This document shows, one piece after another, positions 46,236-58,322 of a stretch of DNA of 64,000 nucleotides (position 1 is the first letter of the stretch; the number at the start of each line of letters is the position of its first letter). The stretch comes from an uncultured Thermoleophilia bacterium (GTDB lineage: Bacteria; Actinomycetota; Thermoleophilia; UBA2241), in assembly GCA_963735345.1 (NCBI GenBank), contig CAVTKL010000013.1, positions 193,130 to 257,129 of the forward strand, given 5' to 3'. The notes below the pieces were generated by a model. The model was not told the origin of the DNA. It saw nothing but the letters and a program-made list of their open reading frames with translations, and did no database searches. The position numbers and the translations under genes were made by a program.

Positions 46236-47602
46236 CACGGCGCGTCCTTCTCAGTTACCTCACGATCACCGTGATCGTGCTGCTCGTCCTCGAGATCCCC
46301 CTGGCCATCTTCTTCCAGCAACGCGAGACCGACCGCCTCGCGGTGAACGTGGAACGGGATGCGACTGCTCTGGCGTCTCTCTACGAAGACGCGCTCGAGC
46401 GCCGCCTGTCACTCGACGCGCAAGCTGCCTCTGATTATGCCGCCCGCACCGGGGCCCGCGTCGTGGTCGTGGGACCGAACGGGCTCTCTCAGGTCGACAC
46501 CGGCGCCGCGATCGATCGCGACTTCTCCACGCGGCCCGAGATCCAGGAGGCACTCCGCGGACAACGCGCCACGGGGATGCGCCGCTCGGACACCCTCGGG
46601 ACGGACCTCCTGTACGTGGCCGTACCCGTTGCCTCCGGCGGGACGGTGCACGGCGCCATTCGTGTGACCCTCGACGCCAAGGACGTGAACGCCACCGTGC
46701 GCCGCTTCTGGCTTGGTCTGGCAGGCGTGGCGGCCGTCGTCCTGACGGCCATGGCCGGCATCGGCTGGGCGATCGCCCGCTCCGTGACCCGGCCGCTCCG
46801 TACGCTCCGCGACATGGCGGATCGGTTCGCCACCGGCGACCTCACCCCCACCGCCGCAGACCCCGACGCGCCCCCCGAGATCGCCGCCCTGGAGGCGACC
46901 CTGAATGCAATGGCGCATCGTCTCGACCAGCTTCTCGCCGAGCAACGTGCCTTCGTCGCCGACGCCTCCCATCAGCTGCGCACGCCACTCACCGCTCTCA
47001 GACTGCGCCTTGAGAACCTGCAGAGCAGCCAAACCACGCTCGAGGGTGCGGAAGACCTCGGCGCAGCGATCGAGGAGACGAACCGGTTGGCCCACCTCGT
47101 CGGCGACCTCCTGAGACTTGCGCGCGCCGAGCAGACCGCGGCCCCGGAACCGGCAGATCTCGCGGAGATCGCCCGTGACCGCGTCGATACGTGGTCGGCG
47201 GTGGCCGATGCTGCCGGCGTCAGCCTCGACTTCGTATCGCCGGCCGTGCCGGTGCTCGTGAGCGCGGTACCCACGGGCATCGAACAGATCCTCGACAACC
47301 TCATTGACAACGCGATCACGGCTTCACCACCGGGCGCGAGCGTCACCGTGACCGTCACGTCCGGTCAAGAGCACCATCACCTCACGATCGCCGATGCGGG
47401 ACCCGGGCTCAGCGACGAGCAGAAGGCCCGTGCGCTCGACCGATTCTGGCGTCTCGGGGGAGTCACACCGGGCACTGGTCTGGGACTCCCCATCGCCTGC
47501 GCCCTCGCTGTAGCCTCCGGGGGATCTCTTCGACTGGGTGACAGTCCGGCGGGCGGCCTCGCCGTCACGGTCGCCCTGCCGGTGGCCGCTGCCCGTCCTT
47601 GA
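46232..47602 (+). CDS. Sensor histidine kinase (TM-HAMP-HisKA-HATPase)
   Basis: GTGA overlap with the RR gene. ...FVADASHQLRTPLTAL... (H-box); ...DNAITASPPG...GTGLGLPI... Confidence 0.85.
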   Translation: MTRRVLLSYLTITVIVLLVLEIPLAIFFQQRETDRLAVNVERDATALASLYEDALERRLSLDAQAASDYAARTGARVVVVGPNGLSQVDTGAAIDRDFSTRPEIQEALRGQRATGMRRSDTLGTDLLYVAVPVASGGTVHGAIRVTLDAKDVNATVRRFWLGLAGVAAVVLTAMAGIGWAIARSVTRPLRTLRDMADRFATGDLTPTAADPDAPPEIAALEATLNAMAHRLDQLLAEQRAFVADASHQLRTPLTALRLRLENLQSSQTTLEGAEDLGAAIEETNRLAHLVGDLLRLARAEQTAAPEPADLAEIARDRVDTWSAVADAAGVSLDFVSPAVPVLVSAVPTGIEQILDNLIDNAITASPPGASVTVTVTSGQEHHHLTIADAGPGLSDEQKARALDRFWRLGGVTPGTGLGLPIACALAVASGGSLRLGDSPAGGLAVTVALPVAAARP

Positions 47603-47649
47603 GCCGGAGCGTGGTCGCGGCGGGACAGTCGCGATACCGCCGGCTGCCG

Positions 47650-48123
47650 TCAGTGGTGCCCGTGAGTGCCGACGATCACCACCGGGACTCTCGCGTTTCT
47701 CGCGACCTTCTCGGCGATGCTGCCGCCGCCCAGAAAGCCTTCCAGGCGACCCATCCCCCTGGCCCCGATGACGATGAGGTCGGCGTTCGTCTCCTGGGCG
47801 TACTCCAGGATCTCCGCCGTCACGTCCCCGCGCCGCACGGCCATCTGCGCCTTGGGCGCAGCACCAGACGCGTATGATCGCTCCATGTGGCCGAGTGCCG
47901 TGGATTCCTCGAGCTCTCTCTGCGTCTCCGGTACCGCTCGCGCCGTCTCGCCGAGGCCCGCATGGATCACATGGAGCAAGGACAGGGAGGCGCCCGCCAG
48001 GCTCGCGATGTACGCGGCCTCCTCGAACGCGACATCCGCATTGTGCGAGAAGTCCGTGCAGAAGAGGATGTTCGAGTATTCCGGCAAGTCGCCCCCCTCG
48101 TCGTGACGCGCCAAGCCTAGCAC
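47650..48123 (-). CDS. Universal stress protein (UspA family)
   Basis: ...ILFCTDFSHNADVA...LLHVI...IVIGARGMGRLEGFLGGGSIAEKVARNARVPVVIV. The start is an uncertain internal GTG. Confidence 0.7.
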   Translation of the reverse strand: MLGLARHDEGGDLPEYSNILFCTDFSHNADVAFEEAAYIASLAGASLSLLHVIHAGLGETARAVPETQRELEESTALGHMERSYASGAAPKAQMAVRRGDVTAEILEYAQETNADLIVIGARGMGRLEGFLGGGSIAEKVARNARVPVVIVGTHGHH

Positions 48124-48199
48124 CGGATGCTCGGGGGTCAACGTTGAGGGCCGGGCCGAGTGCCGGCGGCGCCGGCCGGGCCGACGTCGGCGCGGCTCG

Positions 48200-49360
<1,161 letters not shown>

Positions 49361-49562
49361 GAGGATGGCCAGTGCGGTGGCGACGGACCAACGCCACGCC
49401 GGGGCCAAGCGAATCTCCAGTATAGCAGAGGAGGCTGCAGATCGTCGGGGAGCGCCGCTCGCTGAGGCGGCATCGAAGGCGCGCGCGCATGCACGACCCG
49501 CGACGATGCAGCCGTTCACGAGCGGCGGCGGCGCCGACCGCGCCGCGACCGCGGGGGCGAGG

Positions 49563-51641
49563 TCAGCCGCGCACGAGCTCCAGGAAGCGCCTGGCGTCGA
49601 CATGCAGCGCCAACTGCCGGCGTGCCGGCAGGCTCGAGCGTTCGAAACGAGGTTTGCCGCTCAAGGTACTCATCTCGACGATGGCCTGCATGGAGCGCGC
49701 GCCGTGAATGTACTCGTCGATGGCAAGAAAGGCGCGCAGCACCCCTTCATCGATCTCGAGACGCGGCCCCTCTGCGTCGCCGCGCATCATCTGCGGCGCC
49801 CGGCGCGCGATCAGCGAGCGCAGCAACAGCGCCCGGCGCAGCGGCCAGGCGACGTCGGCGGGGCCCCGCCGGTTCGGGCCCGTGACGTCCACGTAGCCGC
49901 GCAGCCGGCTGACGAAGTCAGGCTTCTTCGCGGCGCGCTCGGCGCGCTCGTCTCCGTACGAGATGAAGTCCTCGAAACGCGCGACGGTGCCCCCGGCGAA
50001 AACGAAGATCGCGCCGCCCAGGGGATGGAAGCTCGCCCCGTCACGAAAGCGTCCGTCCTCCATAGGGGCGAGAAAGTGCTGGAGCCAGCCCAACGGCACG
50101 CCGTCAAGGGGTGCGTCGAACTCGTCCCAGAAGACCAGCGGCAGATCGCCTTCAAGAGCGACGTCGCGCACCTCGTGGAAGGCCAGCCCCAGGTCTGCCG
50201 CCGAGCGCAGCTGTGAGAGGTTGAACTCCAGGGTACGGAGCTGGCCGGAAAGCAGTACCGTGGCCAGCTGCCGAACGGCGAACGTCTTACCCGCCCCTGG
50301 AGGGCCGAACACGGCCACGGGCAGGGGCCGATAGACGGGGCCGCCGTGCAGCCTCTGCTGGATGTACTCCTCGAGGATGTTGCGCACGCTCCTCAGGCTC
50401 TGGATCTCGATCCTGTCGACAGAGGCCCACTCACCGACGGTCTCCACTGGGATGCCTGCCGGCAGGCTCGCGATCCCGCGTACCGCGGCGGCCGCGGCGA
50501 CCGCCGCGAGTTCCTCCTCGGCGTAGGTCTGCGCGAGGATGGAGGCGCCCGCAGCCGGCCGATAGGCGATGCTCGCGAACTGATCGGTGTCATCGACGAG
50601 CGCCCGAGCCACCACGTCGAACGGAAACGGCTCGGCGCGCGCCGTGAGATCGAAGTCCACCACGAAGCCTGTGATGTGAGCGGCGCGGGCGGCGGCGAGG
50701 CCGCGCCTGACGGAGTCGACCAGCGCGGCCTCGCCGGCCGTCGCCAGCCCCAAGGCCACGGCGGCGTCGATGCACTGCCCGTACGCCGCGCCGACGCCGG
50801 GGTGACGCTTGCCCCAGTCGCCTTCTTGTGACCGAGGGTCGAAGACGAGAGTGTCCTCCCCGTCGCGCTCGACGATCACGGCGCCGGCGGCGCCGACGAT
50901 GACGATGACGCGCCGCGCGCGCGAGACCGGATTGGCGCGGACCGCGACAAGGATCTCCTCCGTGAGTTGCTCCCAGGACAGCGCGTAGCTGACCTGCTCA
51001 CCCGTCTTGCGCAGCTCGTCGGACGAGGTGATGACGGTCAGCTTGTCGGCGTACTCATCGAGCAGCGTGTCGGCGAGCGCCGACCCGGCAAGCGGTGCCC
51101 CGGTCTGCCAGACGATGGAGCGCGGCTGCTTCGCCAGCAGTTCCTGCAGCCCGACAGGGTGATGACGGAAGCCCAATTCGTGGTCGACGATCATCAGCGT
51201 GTCGACAGTCTGCGGCGCCGGGACGCCTGCGGCGACCGGCGCCTCTCGTGCCGGATTGGTCCCCAGGAACTGGGCGATGCGCCAGGCGCGTGCGTCGCCG
51301 CCGCGTCTGCAATCCCGTTCGAACTGCCGGATGCTCGCGAACGTGTGCGTGTACCCGGGATGGAAAGGCGAAGCCAGCGCCCCGGCAGGCACCGCCGGCC
51401 CGACCACGAGCACGTCGCGCAGACCCGCCTCTGAGACGGCCGCGCGAAGGATCTCCGCGTGCGAGGCGGCGCCACCGCTGCTCGAAAGCGCACGGCACGT
51501 GTAATCGCCGCCCCACATCCAGATGAAGTCGACGGCGCCGCGACCCTCGTCGGCGGAGGACAGCAGCATCCAGTCGATGCTGAGGTCGCCGGTCACGGCG
51601 ATGGTGCGCGTCTGGCTGGGCATGGCATCAGCTCCACTCAT
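49563..51641 (-). CDS. AAA+ ATPase with a large (~480 aa) uncharacterised N-terminal domain (possibly a degenerate PfkB/ribokinase-like fold)
   Basis: Walker [16 protein letters not shown]; Walker [10 protein letters not shown]. The N-terminal region is not assignable. Start at MSGADAM or MPSQTRT. Confidence 0.6.
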   Translation of the reverse strand: MSGADAMPSQTRTIAVTGDLSIDWMLLSSADEGRGAVDFIWMWGGDYTCRALSSSGGAASHAEILRAAVSEAGLRDVLVVGPAVPAGALASPFHPGYTHTFASIRQFERDCRRGGDARAWRIAQFLGTNPAREAPVAAGVPAPQTVDTLMIVDHELGFRHHPVGLQELLAKQPRSIVWQTGAPLAGSALADTLLDEYADKLTVITSSDELRKTGEQVSYALSWEQLTEEILVAVRANPVSRARRVIVIVGAAGAVIVERDGEDTLVFDPRSQEGDWGKRHPGVGAAYGQCIDAAVALGLATAGEAALVDSVRRGLAAARAAHITGFVVDFDLTARAEPFPFDVVARALVDDTDQFASIAYRPAAGASILAQTYAEEELAAVAAAAAVRGIASLPAGIPVETVGEWASVDRIEIQSLRSVRNILEEYIQQRLHGGPVYRPLPVAVFGPPGAGKTFAVRQLATVLLSGQLRTLEFNLSQLRSAADLGLAFHEVRDVALEGDLPLVFWDEFDAPLDGVPLGWLQHFLAPMEDGRFRDGASFHPLGGAIFVFAGGTVARFEDFISYGDERAERAAKKPDFVSRLRGYVDVTGPNRRGPADVAWPLRRALLLRSLIARRAPQMMRGDAEGPRLEIDEGVLRAFLAIDEYIHGARSMQAIVEMSTLSGKPRFERSSLPARRQLALHVDARRFLELVRG

Positions 51642-51720
51642 CGGGGTCGGACTCACGGCAGTGTACCCGGCGTCATCGGGGTCGACACGAGCGACGCCGT
51701 CGATGACCGGCGTGCCTCGT

Positions 51721-53073
51721 TCATGGCCGCGCGTCGGCTTCGGCATAGGCCAGCTCGGGACGACCGGCTCGTCCGGTCCCGAGCGCATGCCTGGGCGCCA
51801 TGTCGCGGCTCGCGGCCGCGACGTCGCGGGCGGCGCGGAGGCGGCGCAGCGCAAGGCCGGCCGCGACCGCGGTGAGGACTGTGGCCACACCGCCCAGGGC
51901 CAAGGCCAGACGCACGCCGAACTGCGCCGCGACGAAGCCCGTCAGCGGGGCGCCGATCGGCGTCGAACCGAGGAAGACCATGGCCCACAACGCCATCACC
52001 CGGCCACGCATGGCGTCGCTGGAGTTGAGTTGCAGCAGCGAGTTGACGGTGGTCATGAAGAAGACACTGACAGCCCCCAGGGGCGCCACCAGGAGCATCA
52101 TGAGCGGCAACGACGGCGCCCAGGCGACGGCGACGAGACACACGCCGAAGGCCAGCGCGATGACCACGAGCTGACGGTAGCTGGGCCGATGCCGGGCGGC
52201 GGCGGCCAGGGCGCCGACGAGGGCGCCGCCGCCCATCGCGGTCATCAGAGCGCTGTAGCTGCCGGCGCCGCGGTGAAAGAGCTGCGCGAGGAGCGGCAGC
52301 GTGACTGTGAAGTTGTAGGCGAGCGCGCTGATCACGGCCACCATGAGCAGCGGGATGCGCAGCTCCCACGCCGCCCACGCGTAGTGGAAGCCGGCGCGGA
52401 TCTGGCCCTTGGCCCGGGGGAGCCGCGGCGCCGGATGCAGATCGGCGGGGCGCATGACCCAAAGAGCGGCCAGCACGGCGAGAAAGGACGCCGCGTTGAG
52501 CAGGAATGTCCATGACATGCCGACCGTGACGATCAGGAGGCCGGCGATCGCAGGCCCCACCATGCGTGACGCATTGACGATGACGCTGTTGAGGCCGACG
52601 GCGTTGGTCAGGGCATCGGGGCCGACCATCTCCCCGACGAAGCTCTGCCGAGCCGGGGCGTCGATCGCGTTGATGGTCCCCATGAGCAGCGCGAGCAGCC
52701 ACACCATCCAGAGTTGCGCCGAGCCACTCGCGACCAGGAGTCCCAGCGCCAGGGCCTGCGCCGCGAAGCTGGCTTGGGTGAACAGCAGCAACCGGCGCCT
52801 GTCGAAGCGGTCCGCCAGAAGTCCGCCGACGGAGCCCAACACCAGCACCGGTCCGAACTGGAGGGCGGCGGTGATGCCGAGGTCGAGGGCGCTGCCGTGA
52901 AGCTGGAAGAGCACGAGCGCGTTCTGAGCGATCGCCTGCGTCCAGGTGCCGCACTGAGAGACCGTCTGGCCGAAGAACCAGAGACGGTAGTTGCGCGTGC
53001 GCAACGAACCGAAGAGACGCCCGACGAGGACCCGTGGACCCCGGGTGAGTCGCGCGAGGCCGAGGCTGCTCAA
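51721..53073 (-). CDS. MFS transporter, 12-TMS (EntS/MFS_3-like)
   Basis: 450 aa, 12 hydrophobic segments; ...GLLADRFDRRRLL... Confidence 0.8.
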   Translation of the reverse strand: MSSLGLARLTRGPRVLVGRLFGSLRTRNYRLWFFGQTVSQCGTWTQAIAQNALVLFQLHGSALDLGITAALQFGPVLVLGSVGGLLADRFDRRRLLLFTQASFAAQALALGLLVASGSAQLWMVWLLALLMGTINAIDAPARQSFVGEMVGPDALTNAVGLNSVIVNASRMVGPAIAGLLIVTVGMSWTFLLNAASFLAVLAALWVMRPADLHPAPRLPRAKGQIRAGFHYAWAAWELRIPLLMVAVISALAYNFTVTLPLLAQLFHRGAGSYSALMTAMGGGALVGALAAAARHRPSYRQLVVIALAFGVCLVAVAWAPSLPLMMLLVAPLGAVSVFFMTTVNSLLQLNSSDAMRGRVMALWAMVFLGSTPIGAPLTGFVAAQFGVRLALALGGVATVLTAVAAGLALRRLRAARDVAAASRDMAPRHALGTGRAGRPELAYAEADARP

Positions 53074-53552
53074 GGTTCGTCCTCGAGCAGCTGCTCGAGG
53101 ATCGGCAGAGCGTCGCGCAGCACGGCGAGCTGCCCAGCGTCGAGCGTGCGCAAGCGTTGGGCAAGGTAGGCCGTCTTGCGGGTGCGCGTGCGGCAGAGGG
53201 CGCGGCGCCCATGCGCCGTAAGACTGATGCGGGCGATGCGGCGGTCGACGGCGTCCGCCGCGCGCCGCACCAGGCCATGCTCCTCGAGCGCGGCGACCAT
53301 GCGCGTCACGCTCGGCGGGGTGACCATCTCGTGAGCCGCAAGCTGCCCCAAGGTCATCGACCCGTGAAGCTCGATGCTGGCGAGCGCGGAGACGAGAGAA
53401 GGACTCAGATCATCGCCGGCCTGGCGACGAAGTCGTCGCGCCAGGCGGCCCAGGACGAGGCGCAAGCGCGCCGCAAGCTCAGGATCGGCGCCGGGAAGCG
53501 ACATCATTCCCGCCGGCGCCGTCGCAGTCCTCTTCTCCTGTGCCCTCTTCAC
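53070..53552 (-). CDS. MarR-family transcriptional regulator
   Basis: ...LSPSLVSALASIELHGSMTLGQLAAHEMVTPPSVTRMVAALEEHGLVRRAADAVDRRIARISLT... Confidence 0.8.
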   Translation of the reverse strand: MKRAQEKRTATAPAGMMSLPGADPELAARLRLVLGRLARRLRRQAGDDLSPSLVSALASIELHGSMTLGQLAAHEMVTPPSVTRMVAALEEHGLVRRAADAVDRRIARISLTAHGRRALCRTRTRKTAYLAQRLRTLDAGQLAVLRDALPILEQLLEDEP

Positions 53553-53781
53553 GAAAGATAGTTTACCACACTAACCATCTAAGCGGGCGAAGCCCGGCGG
53601 GGACGAGACCCACCTCTGCCTCCCGCACCGCGCCCTCCTGAGCCGGCCGCCGCTGTGGGGTTCGCTCGCCCCCGCTCACGCGCGGGGGCGGCTACGCACT
53701 ATCATAGGAAGCAGACCAGCGAATGGGAACAGATCGCGGGCGACGTGGGCGATCTGGTCCGGGGCGAAGGAGACGGCAGCG

Positions 53782-54558
53782 GTGGACATCAAGGACTTCA
53801 CAATGGGCTGCTTCTCCCTCGAGGGCAAGAACAGCATCGTGACCGGCGGCAACACGGGACTCGGGTGCGCGTTTGCCCTGGCGCTCGCCAAAGGCGGCGC
53901 CAACGTCTTCGTCCCGAGCATCATCGACGACGACGGCTCCACCCGGGAGATGATCGAGGCCGAGGGCGTCCGCTACGAGTTCATGAAGACCGACATCACG
54001 GCGCCGGGCGCCCCCGCGCAGATCGTCGACGCCTGCGTGGACAAGCTCGGTTCACTCGACATCCTCATCAACAGCGCGGGCATCTGCCCCCTCGCCGGCG
54101 TCCTCGACTTCGGCCGTCCACAGTGGGATGCGACGGTCGCCGTCAATCTCACCGCCGCCTTCGAGATGGGCCACGAGGCGGCCAAGAGGATGATCCCTCA
54201 GGGCAGTGGCAAGATCATCAACATCTGCTCGCTCTTCTCCTACCTCGGCGGTCAGTGGTCGGCGGCCTACGCGGCCACCAAGCACGGCCTCGCCGGCTTC
54301 ACCAAGGCCTACTGTGACGAACTCGCCCAGTACAACGTCCAGGTCAACGGCATCGCCCCCGGCTACTACGCGACTGAGCTCACGACGGCGACGCGCAGCG
54401 ACCCGGAGACCAACAAGCGCGTGCTCGACCACATCCCGGCGGAGCGCTGGGGCGAACCTCAGGATCTGATGGGCGCGGTGGTCTTCCTCGCCAGCCGGGC
54501 ATCGGATTACGTCAACGGCCACGTCTTGGTGGTGGACGGCGGCTACCTCGTGCGCTAG
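53782..54558 (+). CDS. Short-chain dehydrogenase/reductase, KduD-like (2-dehydro-3-deoxy-D-gluconate 5-dehydrogenase family)
   Basis: LEGKNSIVTGGNTGLGCAFALALAKGGANV...NSAG...YAATKHGLAGFTKA... Confidence 0.8.
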   Translation: MDIKDFTMGCFSLEGKNSIVTGGNTGLGCAFALALAKGGANVFVPSIIDDDGSTREMIEAEGVRYEFMKTDITAPGAPAQIVDACVDKLGSLDILINSAGICPLAGVLDFGRPQWDATVAVNLTAAFEMGHEAAKRMIPQGSGKIINICSLFSYLGGQWSAAYAATKHGLAGFTKAYCDELAQYNVQVNGIAPGYYATELTTATRSDPETNKRVLDHIPAERWGEPQDLMGAVVFLASRASDYVNGHVLVVDGGYLVR

Positions 54559-54598
54559 CGAAAGCCGCCGCACAGCACGGAAAGAGAGCAACGACGCG

Positions 54599-56037
54599 AT
54601 GTCGGGTAAGTACATCATCGGCGTGGACGGGGGCTCCCAGAGCTCGAAATTCGTCATCTTCGATCTTGAGGGAACCGTCGTCTGCCAAGGCCGGCAGACC
54701 CTGCGCCCCATGAGCCGCCCCCGCTATGGGATCGTGGAGCACCCAGACGACGACCTCTGGGACTCGATCGTGACGGCGAGCCGGCAGGCCATGGCCAAGT
54801 TCACCGGCGACCCGAGAGACATCGTCGCCGTCGGGCTGTGCACGATCCGCTGTGAGCGCGCCTTCCTCAAGGCTGACGGGTCGCTGGCGGCGCCGGTCAT
54901 GAGCTGGATGGACAGCCGCGCCTACCGGCCGTATGTGCAGGAGAACCCCGAGACCGCCTATGTGACCACGTCGTCGGGGTACATCACCCACCGCTTCACC
55001 GGACGCTTCCGCGATTCCGCCGCCAACAACATCGAGGGGCAGTGGCCCATCGATACCGACACCTGGCAGTGGAGTGAGGATCCCGCGACCCTCGCGCGCT
55101 GGAACATCCCCCGGGAGATGCTCTTCGAACTGCAGATGCCGGGAGACATCGCGGGGTACGTGACCCCGGAGGCCGCCGTCGCGCTGGGCATTCCCGCAGG
55201 GCTCCCCGTGGTCGCCACCGCGAACGACAAGGCGACCGAGGCCCTGGGTTCCGGGGCCCTCGACGAGACCACGGCGCTGATCTCTCTGGGCACGTACATC
55301 TCCGCGATGGTGCACGGGCACGAGAACCGCGAGGCGCCCGTCGATTTCTGGACGAACTTCGCCTGCATCCCCGGCAAGTACCTCTACGAGAGCCACGGCA
55401 TCCGCCGGGGGATGTGGACGCTCACCTGGTTCCTGGACCTTCTGGGTGAGGAGTTCGCGGACGCCGCGGCCGCCAAGGGGATCTCCAGAGAGCTGTACCT
55501 CGAGCGCGAGGCGGAGAAGGTCGCCCCGGGCAGCGACGGCCTGATGACCGTTCTGGACTGGCTCGCCCCGGACGACAAGCCCTTCCGCAAGGGCGTGATG
55601 ATCGGGTTCGATGCGCGCCACACCAGAGGCCACGTCTGCCGCTCGATCCTTGAAGCTATCGCCCTGACGATGAAGAACTACGTCGACACGATGTGCGAGG
55701 AGCTCGGCATCACCCTCGAGCAGATCGTCATCTCGGGGGGCGGCGCCGGCAGCGAGTTGTTCATGCGCATCTTCGCGGACGTCTTCGAGATCCCGGACGT
55801 CGCGCAGCGTGGCCAGCGGTGGGGCGAGCCTCGGCGCGGCCATCTGCGCGGCGGTGGGAACGGGTGATCTACCCGGACTTCCCGACCGCCGTGGCCCTGA
55901 TGACGAAGCCTCGCGAGTCGTTCGCCCCTGACGCCGCCAACACCGATGTGTACCTGCGGATGAACGAGACGGTCTACCAGACGATCAGCACCGCCACCGA
56001 TGACCTCCTCGAGCGCTCCTACCCGATCTTCCACTGA
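54599..56037 (+). pseudogene. FGGY-family carbohydrate kinase with two +1 frame changes within ~60 nt near the 3' end (~55797 and ~55857)
   Basis: MSGKYIIGVDGGSQSSKFVIFD...; the conserved C-terminus ...RSVASGGASLGAAICAAVGTG / VIYPDFPTAVALMTKP... is spread over three frames. Confidence 0.7.
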
Positions 56038-56050
56038 AAAGGATCACCTC

Positions 56051-57494
56051 ATGGACCTGAGCAGAGCCGCCCTCGTCGAGAGGCCTCCAGCGCATCGCCG
56101 GAGCGGAGAACGTCATCACCGACGAGACCGTGCTCAGGGAGAGCAGCATCGACAACTTCCGCAAGCTGGAGCACATCTTCGGCGTCTACACCCGGCCGCT
56201 GCCGGCCGCCGTGGTGATGGCGCAGAGCACGGCGAAGGTGGCCGAGATCCTCGCCTTCGCCGACGAACACCGCGTCAACGTGATCCCTCGCACGGGAGCG
56301 ACGGCGACCGAGGGCGGTCTTGAGTCTGTCGTGGCCGACTCCATCGTCCTCGACGGCTCGGCCATGGATCAGATCCTGAGCATCGACGCCTGCAACATGC
56401 AGGCCACGGCGCAATGCGGCGTGCCGCTCCAGGTGCTGGAGGACCGCGCCCGCGAACAGGGGCTCACCACGGGGCACTCTCCGCAGTCGAAGCCCGTGGC
56501 CCACATGGGCGGCCTCGTGGCCACCCGCAGCATCGGCCAGTTCTCGACGCTCTACGGCGGCATCGAGGACATGGTCGTGGGCCTCGAGGCCGTCTTCCCC
56601 GGCGGTCAGGTGACGCGCATCAAGAACGTCCCCCGCCGCGCGGCGGGCCCCGACATCCGCCACGTCGTCATCGGCAACGAAGGCGCCCTGTGCTTCATCA
56701 CCGAGGTCACGGTGAAGCTCTTCCCGTACTTCCCCGAGAACAACACGTTCCTCGGCTGGACCTTGAAGGACATGAAGACCGGCTTCGACGTCTTGCGCGC
56801 GGTCATGGTGAGCGGCTACAAGCCGTCGGTGGCGCGCGTCTACGACCCGGGCGACGCCGGCCTGCACTTCTCCCACTTCGCCGCGGAGGACGACTGCGTC
56901 CTGCTCTTCATGGTCGAGGGACCGGCCGGCATCGTCACGGCGACGGCCGAGGGCATCGCGGCCATCGTCGCAAACCATCCGGAGTGCAAGCAGGTCGACA
57001 GCGAGTACATCGCCACCTGGTTCAACGACCTGTGCTGGGGCCCTGAGAAGATCACCCAGGAGGACGAGCGCATCCGCCAGACCCACAACGTCAATCGCAC
57101 CACCGAGATCTCGGCCGGCTGGAGTTGCATCAACGACATCTACCAGGCCGCCCGGGCGCGCATCGTCAGCGAGATCCCCGACATCACCATGGCCGGCGGC
57201 CATTCCTCCCACAGCTACATCAACGGCACCAACATGTACTTCAACTACTTCTACAACGTCGTCGGCTGCGGGCCGGAGGAGGAGGTCACCAAGTACTACC
57301 TCCCGATCATCGGCATCATCTGCGAGGAGACACTCAAGCGCGGCGGCTCGATCGTCCACCACCACGGCATCGGCAAGGCGCGCACCCCGTGGGTCAAGGA
57401 GGAGTACGGCTCCTCGTACTGCGTCCTCGAGACGCTCAAGCACGCCTTCGACCCCAACGGCATCATGAACACGGGGACGATCATCCCCAGGTGA
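56051..57494 (+). pseudogene. FAD-linked oxidase (GlcD/D-lactate dehydrogenase-like, FAD_binding_4) with a 1-nt frameshift near 56075
   Basis: MDLSRAALVER is in one frame and LQRIAGAENVITDETVLRESSIDNFRKLEH...VIPRTGATATEGG... in the next. An extra C in aggcctcc explains the shift. The rest of the 454-aa frame is intact. Confidence 0.7.
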
Positions 57495-57499
57495 GCGCC

Positions 57500-58322
57500 A
57501 TGAGGATCCTCGTCTCGTTCAAGGTCACCCCCGACTTCGAGGCGCTGCGCGAGGCGGATTGGGCTGCCGGAGCGGCGGACGGCGTGCGGACCCGCTACGT
57601 CCGCCGTATCCTCAACTGCTTCGACGAGAGCGCTCTGGAGCTGGCGCTGCGCTTGTCCGAGGCGCTCGCCGGTCAGGGAGACGCGACGGACCTCAGCGCC
57701 TTGTCGGTCGGCGGCAGAGAGACCGATCCGTACCTCAAGACGCTGCTGGCGCTGGGCTACGGACGGGCGACCCGGGTGGAACCTGAGGCCGCCCTGGACT
57801 TCGCCCCTGCCGTCACGGCAGAGCTCATCGCGCGCTACGTGCAGCAGATCGACCACAGCGATCTCCTGCTGGTCGGCTGCCGCAGCGGCCCCGGAGACGG
57901 CGGGACCATGCCCTTCCGGGTGGCCGAGAACCTGGGCTGGCCGTGCCTGACGCAGGTGGTCGACATGGCGCCGCTGGCTGACGACCGCGTCCGTGTGGCC
58001 TGCATGGTCGAGGAGGGTCTTCTGCGGGCGACCATCCGGCCGCCTTGCGTGCTGGCCGTCGGCAACGCCGTCGTGTCGCGCCTGCGCGTGCCGACGCTGA
58101 CGGATCGGCTCGCGCAACGGGGAAAGCCCATCACCGTCCTGTCGGCCGGGGATCTCGGCGTCGACATCGCCGAGGAGCTGAGCCGCGAGACCTGTGCGCT
58201 CACGGGACTCGACGGTGATCGATCGCGCCCGTCCAGGCGTCGTCGTCGATGGGGAGACGCCGCGCGCGAAGGCGCAGTCCCTCTTCGCGGCGCACCTCAA
58301 GACCAGGATCGAGAAACGATGA
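57500..58322 (+). pseudogene. Electron transfer flavoprotein beta-subunit-like protein (divergent EtfB) with a frameshift near 58190
   Basis: MRILVSFKVTPDFEAL...; after ...AEELSRET the C-terminus ...VIDRARPGVVVDGETPRAKAQSLFAAHLKTRIEKR continues in another frame and ends in an ATGA overlap with etfA. Confidence 0.65.
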
